In this document: in pieces, positions 54,775 to 64,000 of the stretch
Layout: every line of letters begins with the position of its first letter
Position numbering within the stretch: the stretch's first letter is position 1
Assembly (NCBI GenBank): GCA_964016885.1
Contig: OZ024747.1
Coordinates: forward strand, 61,814,001 to 61,878,000
Reading direction: 5' to 3'
Length of the DNA stretch: 64,000 nucleotides
Source: Eledone cirrhosa
Lineage: Eukaryota
Position numbers and translations under genes: made by a program
Notes under the pieces: generated by a model
What the model was told of the DNA's origin: nothing
The model's database searches: none
The model's input: only the letters and a program-made list of their open reading frames with translations

Positions 54775-54922
54775 TAAGCTATTACGAATTGGCAGAACGT
54801 CGGATAGAATGCTTTATGGTATTTGTTCCAGCTCTCTGAGTTCAATCCCACTGAGGTCAACTTTGCCTTTCATCCTTTTGAGGTCGATAAAAAAAAAAGT
54901 ACCAGTCTAGTACTGGGTTCAA
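54775..54922 (+). mobile_element. SINE, Meta-domain-like family
   Basis: TCTGAGTTCAATCCCACTGAGGTCAACTTTGCCTTTCATCCTTTTGAGGTCGATAAAA...AGTACCAG. Confidence 0.7.
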
Positions 54923-55537
54923 TTCTTCCTCTATATCTCTTCCCCACTTTCTATCTTTCTTTGGAAGAAATCTGTTGAACTCAGGAGAGAGATGGGCTCC
55001 ACCAGGCTTAAAATGCCCAAGAAATACCATATGTCAATACAGTGCCCCCCTACGACTTATCAGGAGTTACAGGACCATACATTACTAAAATAGTTGAAAG
55101 TATACTTTCAACTATACTTGATAAATAAAGTAATGCTATAAAGATCTCTCTGTAGGAAGAATCATAAGAATATGTATGTTTTTATGAGGATAAAATAATC
55201 TTTGAAATGTTTAAAGACAATCTGTTTTTGTTTTTGTATTTTTGAGGACTGAGGAACTATGGAAAGTGTATTCACAGCAAGACCTTAAAGTAAAAATCTA
55301 TAGTTATATCTTCATTAAATTTATCTTAAATCTAATATATGTTGTTTTCTGAATAAATATCTCTTATACAATTTACATTTGATTCACTTTTTTCTACCAT
55401 ATTAGGTGAGCACTGGGTTGAAGCCCAGAATCCAGTTTTCTCCATGGTCACAGTAAAACCATCAATACTGAGTACATTCTCAGATAATATCATAGAATTA
55501 ACCCTGGGAATATAGGAATAAAGTAAACCAATGACCA

Positions 55538-55645
55538 TTATTTATTTTGAGAACAACACCTTAACATAAGTATGAGTGGCCGATTACATCCAGTTTGAAT
55601 AGAAAGAGGTGAGCGATACAGCCAGTTTAAATGCTAAAGGGTTAA
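55538..55645 (-). mobile_element. Partial copy of the piggyBac-like MITE at 38713
   Basis: Approximate reverse complement of 38709-38812, ending AAATGCTAAAGGG|TTAA. Confidence 0.75.
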
Positions 55646-55932
55646 TAAAAAAAGTGGAGCAAAGTTATCAATGAGAAACATGCACATAATGGGTTTTTTT
55701 GGCAATATTTTCATTCTTAATTTAGTTATTCTCTACTTTGACACGTATATGAACTTCATTACAAATTTCAATTTGTATTTTCCACATTTTGAAATAGAAT
55801 TTCGCTGTTTTGTAACACATAATTAGTGAACTACTGGTTTATAATATGAGAATTTATGAAGTTGTTCCTCATCCAACTTAGGATAGGAAAATTTATGAAA
55901 AGCCTCTCAGCATGAACAGTTCTCAAACTTAC

Positions 55933-56121
55933 CATTCCGTTTCTGCCCAGAGTTCCAGGTAAGACAAGCCTTCCCTCATCCGTCCTAGCATCTCTAGGGG
56001 TGTATCTGTCATGCTGGCAGTGTTTACAGTACGAACCACAGCCAGGCTATCTCGAAGCACCACAGAAATGATGAGGGCCCATTCCAGACAGCCAGCTTCT
56101 AGAATCAGCTGCAATAAGTAT
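55933..56121 (-). CDS. RIC1: RIC1, penultimate coding exon (189 bp, phase 2-2)
   Basis: Acceptor TTCTTCATTTCAG, donor GTAAGT (55932-55927). Reads (R)YLLQLILEAGCLEWALIISVVLRDSLAVVRTVNTASMTDTPLEMLGRMREGLSYLELWAETE(C), resembling recalled human RIC1 RYLLHIFMEAGCLDWCIVIGLILRES...GLHAVDRWASTDC. Splices in frame to 54050. Confidence 0.9.
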
Positions 56122-56239
56122 CTGAAATGAAGAATAGTTCCATTTATGTCTGGACAACCAAGTAAAATTGTAAATGCTGTTGTACATATGCAAACACCAC
56201 GTTGACGACGCTACCACCACCACCACCACAAAACAACAG

Positions 56240-56412
56240 GAATAAGTGTTTCTATTTTAGGCGCAAGGCCAGCAATTTGAAGGGGACGGGAAGTCAATTA
56301 AATCAACACCAGTGCATTACTGGTGCTTTATTTTATCAACCCCATAAAGATGAAAGGCAAAGCTAACCGGTGTTCAACGCTCTACCGATTCTGCCAATCT
56401 ACTGCCCTTAAT
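56240..56412 (-). mobile_element. SINE, Meta-domain-like family, internally deleted
   Basis: GCAAGGCCAGCAATTT...TTATTTTATCAACCCC..AAAGATGAAAGGCAAAGCTAAC. Confidence 0.65.
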
Positions 56413-56597
56413 GATCCCTGTCATCATCTCTATCAACTTTACCCTACATATAATCAATACTAACAATACCATATCTCTCAGTTCTAACCAGCTAAGCAAT
56501 CCCTCTCAATCATCTACAACAACCTCTTCTGCTTTATCTACTGAGTCAGTCTTGGTAGGGGGTAGGATGTAGGGAAGACAGTCAGACTGCCCTTTGT

Positions 56598-56845
56598 AAC
56601 CCTTCAGCCCTAGTTTACACTACTGCTCCTACCTCTATTAGCCATTCCTCTCAGTTCCTATCAGCCAAACAACCCACCTCCAATCTACACTAACCCCACC
56701 AGTTCCCTCAACCTAGTTATTCCTTCATGACCCTTCAGGTCTAGTTTACAATACTGCTCCTACCTCTATTAGCCCTTCCTCTCAGTTCCTATCAGCCAAA
56801 CAACCCACCCACCATTGTATCATCTACACTAACCTCTCCTAGTCA
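56598..56845. repeat. Tandem duplication, about 131-bp period
   Basis: CCCTTCAG..CTAGTTTACA.TACTGCTCCTACCTCTATTAGCC.TTCCTCTCAGTTCCTATCAGCCAAACAACCCACC occurs twice. Confidence 0.85.
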
Positions 56846-57004
56846 GTATTCACAGTTGTCACATCACATGTCCACAATATATAGGTTAGCTGAGAGATAT
56901 TTCTCTCTATCAATGTCTAGACAAAAGCTCACTCAGATGAATTTCTCTCATATTCCATTTATCATTGTCAATCAATACTGACATAAAAACAACCAGCAGT
57001 TCAA

Positions 57005-57452
57005 TCACCACCACCATTCTCGACGCCCATCACCACCACCGTTACCACTAACATCACCATCACCACCACAACCATTCTCGATGTCCATCACTCCCACCAA
57101 CATTGCCACCACCACCACCATCACCACAACCACCACCAACATTGCCATCACAACCATCACCACCACCACCACCATTACTACCACAATCACTACCAGCAAG
57201 GCCATCACAACCACCACCATCACCACCACCACCACAAATCACCAGCACCACCACCACCATCACCACCACAATCACTACCAGCAAGGCCATCACAAGCACC
57301 ACCATCACAACCATCACCACCAACATTGCCACCACCACCACAATCACTACCAACATTGCCACCTTCACCACCACCCTTCACCACCACCCATCACCACCAC
57401 CACCACAATCACTACCAACATTGCCATCACAACCAACACCACCACCACCATC
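57005..57452. repeat. (CAC/CAT/CAA)n low-complexity tract
   Basis: Direct observation; source of the poly-T/H/P/V ORFs. Confidence 0.9.
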
Positions 57453-57651
57453 TCTATGTTGTCTCATCAACCCCACCAAAGCCAGTCAGTTGAGTTATTT
57501 TCCCGTCCATATATTAATTCATCACTGTCAGTTGACACAGATATTAAAATATATATAACACAACATTGTCAAAACCCAAACTTTCTTATCTCATTGATCA
57601 ATATATATATATGTATGTATGTATGTATATATATATGTATATATATATGTA

Positions 57652-57736
<85 letters not shown>

Positions 57737-58042
57737 ACATATGTATATTTATATATATATGTATATACATATATATATATATGTGTATACATATATATAT
57801 ACATACATATATATATATATACCTATATATACACATATATATACATACATATATACATATAGATATATATATACACATACATATATATACATATATATAT
57901 ACATATATATACATATATATAAACATATACATATATATATATACATATATATAAACATATACATATATATAAACATATACATACATATATATAAACATAT
58001 ACATATATATATATATATACATATACATACATATATATAAAC

Positions 58043-58088
<46 letters not shown>

Positions 58089-58268
58089 ACACACACATAT
58101 ACATATATATATACACACACACAAACATATATATATACACACATATACATATACACACATATACATATATATATATATATACACACACAAACATATATAT
58201 ACACACACACATACATATATATATATACATATATATACACACACATATATATACACACATATATATAT

Positions 58269-58357
<89 letters not shown>

Positions 58358-58425
58358 GAGAGAGAGAGGAAGACAGAGAAAGCGAGAGAGAGAGAGAGAG
58401 GGAGACAGAGAAAGCGAGAGAGAGA

Positions 58426-58549
58426 GATAAAATCAAGATTATCAATATTTCCAGCCATAATACACTTGTATCTCTAATGAATTGGAAACCAAGCTAGCAT
58501 CGCCTTAAACATACATAGAGAAAACTGAATGTACAATCACAGTCATATG

Positions 58550-58583
<34 letters not shown>

Positions 58584-58642
58584 CATATATATATATACAT
58601 ATATATATATACAAATATATATATACAAATATATATATACAA

Positions 58643-58678
<36 letters not shown>

Positions 58679-58769
58679 TTATATATCATTCATTATCATT
58701 TTACGTCCGCTTTTCCCTGCTTGCAAATATGTATATTTATATATATGTATATATATATATTTGTATATA

Positions 58770-58819
<50 letters not shown>

Positions 58820-58943
58820 CATATGACTGTGATTGTACATTCAGTTTTCTCTATGTATGTTTAAGGCGATGCTAGCTTGGTTTCCAATTCATTAGAGATA
58901 CAAGTGTATTATGGCTGGAAATATTGATAATCTTGATTTTATC
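58426..58943. repeat. Inverted repeat: 125-bp unique-sequence arms 58426-58550 and 58819-58943, extended by GA/TC and TA tracts
   Basis: GATAAAATCAAG...CAGTCATATGT is the exact reverse complement of ACATATGACTG...CTTGATTTTATC. Confidence 0.95.
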
Positions 58944-58968
58944 GATCTCTCTCTCTTTCTCTGTCTCC

Positions 58969-59005
<37 letters not shown>

Positions 59006-59013
59006 TATATATT

Positions 59014-59064
<51 letters not shown>

Positions 59065-59407
59065 ATATATATATGTATATATATATATATATATGTATAT
59101 GTATACATATATATATCATCATCATCATCATATATATATATACAAAAATATATATATACAAATATATATATATACAAATATATAAATATATATATACATT
59201 TATATAAATATATAGATAAATATATATATACATATAGATAAATATATATATATATATATATATATAAATATATATATACATATAGATAAATATATATATA
59301 CATATAGATAAATATATATATACATATATAATATACATATATATAAATATATACATATATAAATATATACATATATATAAATATATACATATATATAAAT
59401 ATATACA

Positions 59408-59439
<32 letters not shown>

Positions 59440-59640
59440 AATATATACATATATATATATATACATATATATATATAAATATATACATATATATATAAAT
59501 ATATACATATATATATAAATATATACATATATAAATATATAAATATATATATAAATATATACATATATATATAAATATATAAATATATACATATATATAT
59601 AAATATATACATATATATATAAATATATATAAATATATAC

Positions 59641-59673
<33 letters not shown>

Positions 59674-60334
59674 AATATATATATATATACACATATATAA
59701 ATATATACATATATATATACACATATATAAATATATACATATATATATAATATACATATATATACACACATAAATAATATATACACATAAATATATACAT
59801 ATATATACACACATATATAAATATATATATATACACATATATAAATATATATATATACACATATATAAATATATATATACACATATATAAATATATATAT
59901 ATATACACATATATAAATATATATATATATACACACATATAAATATATATATATATACACATATATAAATATATATATATATACACATATATAAATATAT
60001 ATATATATATATATACATATATAAATATATATATATATACACATATATAAATATATATATATATACACATATATATATAATATACATATATATACACACA
60101 AATAATATATACACATAAATATATACATATATATACACATATATAAATATATATATATATACACATATATAAATATATATATATATACACATATATAAAT
60201 ATATATATATATATACACATATATAAATATATATATATATACACATATATAAATATATATATATATATACACATATATATATATATATAAGGCATTACAA
60301 TATATATATACACATATATAAATATATATATATA

Positions 60335-60690
60335 AGGCTTGGGCCCCGTGCTATCTGTCCCATTCAAAAATCTAAATCGCAACTCATAACAACAATAAGG
60401 CACAATTATTTCACCTCAATCGGCCCTGCTCTCTTCAACGTCACACCAGGACACATCAAAACAGAAACTGACCACACAAAATTCAAGAAGTCTTTGGACA
60501 AATTCTTCCAAGTAATCCCGGACAAACCACCCACACCCGGATATGTCTCCGCAAACAGTAATTCTCTTCTCGAATGGGCCATGGTGCCCAAATCCTGAAT
60601 TGAAAGACTTCGCCAGGTGGTGCTATTAAGTTAGACATGGCCTGGGCCAATACTGGCCAAAACATTTCAAAGTTATTCAAAGTTATTCAT
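60335..60690 (+). mobile_element. 5'-truncated CR1/L2-group LINE 3' end
   Basis: Open frame 60335-60598 reads RLGPRAICP...[21 protein letters not shown]...FKKSLDKFFQVIPDKPPTPGYVSANSNSLLEW..*, typical of CR1-group ORF2 C-termini. Short 3' UTR ends in (CAAAGTTATT)2. Confidence 0.75.
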
Positions 60691-60755
60691 TACAATATAT
60701 ATATACACATATATAAATATATATATATATGGCATTACAATATATATATACACAC

Positions 60756-60796
<41 letters not shown>

Positions 60797-60843
60797 TAAA
60801 TATATATAATATAAGATCAAAAGATGGTTAAAGGAGTTCAATA

Positions 60844-60914
60844 TATTTTATTATGCGCATTTCAAAAACAAACATCATCAAACAATAATATTTGTGTTTT
60901 CATCAGATAAAACA
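60844..60914 (-). ncRNA. Type I hammerhead ribozyme
   Basis: Minus strand: TGTTTTAT-CTGATGA-AAACACAAATATTATT-GTTT-GATGATGTTTGTTTTT-GAAA-TGCGCA-TA|ATAAAATA. Stem I 8 bp, stem II 15/16 pairs including G-U, palindromic minimal stem III, AUA cleavage triplet. Confidence 0.85.
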
Positions 60915-62204
60915 GGAGAACATGATATGAAGGCTAAAAAAACACTTGTTGATAGTGCAGTTTTAAATCAACATATGAAAAGTGGTTTTAGATTGATGTG
61001 TGATATTGGGAAAAATATTTTATTTAGAGAGGGGGGGAGAGAAAAGGATGAAAAGGGAAGGAGATGAGAGGGAGAGATGGGTGATAGAGAGAAAGAGATA
61101 GTTTTTATAACAGAGAGGAGATATATTTTATATAGAGGGGTTGAAAACCGTTGGAAGATACTGTATAAATTAAAAATTTTGAAAATTAACGAAGGGAGGA
61201 TATGTGCGAGGAAAAAATATATTATATTTAGGGAGGGGTGGGGGTGGAAAGGATGAAAAAAAGGGAGGAGATGAGAGTGAAGGTGGAAAGGGAGAGATGG
61301 GTGATAGAGAGAAAGAGATAGTTTTTATAACTGAGAAAAAGATATAATGTTTTAATATAGAGAGGTTGGGAACCGTTGGAAGATAATGTATAAATTAAAG
61401 GAATTTGAAAATTAACGAAGGGAAATTATGTATGGAGATAGAGAGAAAAAAATAACGAAGGGAGATTATGTATGGAGATAGAGAGAAAAAAATAATAATT
61501 GTGGGTGAATATTCAAAAGGAGAAATGTAGGAATCTTAAAATTAGCAAAGAGAAAAAGTTTATGTATAGGATTTGAGAAAAATTTATATTGAATTCATAT
61601 GTATTAATAATGAGTTCGTTGATGGGGAGAAAAAAATAATAATAATAAATTAAGGATGAAATTGAGATTAAAAAGATTTATGATAGAGAGAAAAAATAAT
61701 AATGATTGCGGATGAATACTCAAAATGTCAAAAACAAATGTTATTGTTTTACGAAGAGATATAATGAGGGTGATGAGTAAACGGGTATTATAGAGTGTAT
61801 AATGCCCTTTAAAGTAAGGTAGATGGGTATATTTTAAAGAATATATGAGTATATATTAAAAAAAATATATATAATAATAAATTAAGGATGAAATTGAGAT
61901 TAAAAAGATTTATGATAGAGGGAAAAAAAAAAAAAAAAAAAAAATAATAATGATTGCGGATGAATATTCAAAATGTCAAAAACAAATGTTATTGTTTTAC
62001 GAGAAGATAGGATGAGGTAAATGAATAAACGAGTACTATAGAGTGTATAATGCCCTTTAAAGTAAGGTAGATGGGTATATTTTAAAGAGGTGTATGTATA
62101 TGTGCCTTTGAGAAAAGATTCTAAATTGATAAAGAATTGAATATTAACTGTATACTTTGTGAAAAGTTCTATGGAATTTATGAAGGCAGATGGAAAACAT
62201 CTAA

Positions 62205-63326
62205 CCATCTAAATCTAACCATCCTACCAATATCAAGAATGCTATAGTTAATAATATTGGAAATAGAATATCTAACATATCTTCTAATAAAAACATCTTT
62301 GATGCTAACGCCAATTACTATAATAACGCACTTTCTAAAGCTGGCTATCCAGATAAAATCAAATATAATAAAGAAACAAATTCTAGGAAAACTTACAGTA
62401 GAATATTTAATCATAACCATTCCAATAATTTTAATAAAAGACCTAGATACAAAAACATAATCTGGTATAATGCTCCTTTCTCCATCTCTATTAATAACAA
62501 TATTCCTAAATTATTTTTTAGTGCCTTAAATAAATGCTTCCCTCCCTCACATATCTATAGTAAAATATTTAACAAACACACCATTAAATTTTCGTATTCT
62601 ACATCCTCCAATATTTCCAACATCATTTCTAAACACAACAACAAAATATTAAATACTAAATCTCTTCCTTCCAATATTGAATCTCATAATAACAATAATA
62701 GTACTCCTGACGTCATTGTAAACCCTAGGCTAACTTCTGTAAACCCAAATGCAACGTCAAACACAACTTCGCTAAATGTTCATAATCCAACTCTAAATCA
62801 AGAAACTATTATTCCTATTATTCCTATCGCAAACAACTTCTCCAATCCAATTCCTTCTATAGATAACACTAGATCACTCATTAATAATCTCTCTAATTGC
62901 AACTGCCGCATTAAAAATAAATGTCCTCTCAACAACCATTGCCTCGATAAAAACTTAATTTATGAATGTAAAATTATAACTAGCACCAACTCCTTCACCT
63001 ATTTTGGCTCCACTTCCACCTCTTTTAAAGCTCGTCTCTATAATCATCATTCATCTTTCAAATACAAACTTAAAAGAACTAACACTGCTCTCTCAGAACT
63101 CATATGGTCCTTAAAAGACAAAAACATTAAATATAACATCTTTTGGAAAAAGATTTCTTCTGCATCCTCGTACTTGAACAGTTCTCTATCTAAAATCTGT
63201 AATCTCTGCCTAAATGAAAAATTTACCATTATCTCTAACCTAGAATCCATAATAAATAGACGCTCGGATTTGTTTTCCATCTGCCTTCATAAATTCCATA
63301 GAACTTTTCACAAAGTATACAGTTAA
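62205..63326 (+). CDS. Penelope-like element polyprotein C-terminal part (RT thumb, linker, GIY-YIG endonuclease); 373 codons, no start codon
   Basis: Hand translation without stops: KSNHPTNIKNAIVNNIGNRISNISS...ALSKAGY...IIWYNAPFS...FPPSHIYSKIFNKHTIKFSYS...CNCRIKNKCPLNNHCLDKNLIYEC...TYFGSTSTSFKARLYNHHSSF...TALSELIWSLK...CNLCLNEKFTI...INRRSDLFSICLH...*. Confidence 0.9.
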   Translation, partial: PSKSNHPTNIKNAIVNNIGNRISNISSNKNIFDANANYYNNALSKAGYPDKIKYNKETNSRKTYSRIFNHNHSNNFNKRPRYKNIIWYNAPFSISINNNIPKLFFSALNKCFPPSHIYSKIFNKHTIKFSYSTSSNISNIISKHNNKILNTKSLPSNIESHNNNNSTPDVIVNPRLTSVNPNATSNTTSLNVHNPTLNQETIIPIIPIANNFSNPIPSIDNTRSLINNLSNCNCRIKNKCPLNNHCLDKNLIYECKIITSTNSFTYFGSTSTSFKARLYNHHSSFKYKLKRTNTALSELIWSLKDKNIKYNIFWKKISSASSYLNSSLSKICNLCLNEKFTIISNLESIINRRSDLFSICLHKFHRTFHKVYS

Positions 63327-64000
63327 TATTCAATTCTTTATCAATTTAGAATCTTTTCTCAAAGGCACATATACATACACCTCTTTAAAATATACCCATC
63401 TACCTTACTTTAAAGGGCATTATACACTCTATAGTACTCGTTTATTCATTTACCTCATCCTATCTTCTCGTAAAACAATAACATTTGTTTTTGACATTTT
63501 GAATATTCATCCGCAATCATTATTATTTTTTTTTTTTTTTTTTTTTTCCCTCTATCATAAATCTTTTTAATCTCAATTTCATCCTTAATTTATTATTATA
63601 TATATTTTTTTTAATATATACTCATATATTCTTTAAAATATACCCATCTACCTTACTTTAAAGGGCATTATACACTCTATAATACCCGTTTACTCATCAC
63701 CCTCATTATATCTCTTCGTAAAACAATAACATTTGTTTTTGACATTTTGAGTATTCATCCGCAATCATTATTATTTTTTCTCTCTATCATAAATCTTTTT
63801 AATCTCAATTTCATCCTTAATTTATTATTATTATTTTTTTCTCCCCATCAACGAACTCATTATTAATACATATGAATTCAATATAAATTTTTCTCAAATC
63901 CTATACATAAACTTTTTCTCTTTGCTAATTTTAAGATTCCTACATTTCTCCTTTTGAATATTCACCCACAATTATTATTTTTTTCTCTCTATCTCCATAC

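Larger units (their letters stand above)
57601..60810. repeat. Compound (TA)n-rich microsatellite field hosting an inverted repeat and a LINE fragment
   Basis: Direct observation. Confidence 0.95.
60812..64000 (+). mobile_element. Penelope-like retroelement (Naiad-like), 5'-truncated, with an inverted pseudo-LTR; continues past the right edge
   Basis: RT-thumb plus GIY-YIG ORF; 61470-62199 is the reverse complement of 63271-64000; hammerhead near the left end. The left boundary is approximate. Confidence 0.88.

Noticed and set aside
57005-57558. Mucin-like or extensin-like poly-Thr/Pro/His ORFs
   Set aside because: A (CAC)n low-complexity tract without splice or homology support.
48853-60403. 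ORFs up to 631 aa rich in Y/I/H/T/V/C
   Set aside because: Translations of (TA)n/(CA)n microsatellites.
63327-64000. SECIS element in the Penelope-like 3' UTR
   Set aside because: No in-frame TGA in the visible ORF and no convincing SECIS stem seen by eye.

Overview
Eukaryotic, repeat-dominated window; the SINE families and very long (TA)n/(CA)n fields suggest a mollusc, probably an octopus (inference). Bases 1-35.9 kb form a composite satellite domain. It comprises a 29.4-kb array of a 17-bp monomer (SatA, runs off the left edge, with multi-kb higher-order repeats), a 3x29-bp linker, an AT-rich 29/32-bp satellite in alternating inverted blocks (SatB), and a related 17-bp satellite (SatC). 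A second SatA-linker-SatB module follows 3,620 bp after the first and abuts a truncated Tc1/mariner-type transposon. Bases 36-64 kb hold minisatellites, SINEs, piggyBac-like MITEs and microsatellites, plus the last two coding exons of RIC1 on the minus strand. The presumed upstream RIC1 intron contains a 125-bp perfect inverted repeat, a CR1-group LINE 3' end and an apparently young Penelope-like (Naiad-type) retroelement. That element has an uninterrupted 373-codon RT-thumb/GIY-YIG ORF missed by the ORF track, a perfect inverted pseudo-LTR, and a complete type I hammerhead ribozyme on the RIC1 sense strand. Almost all listed ORFs are repeat artefacts.
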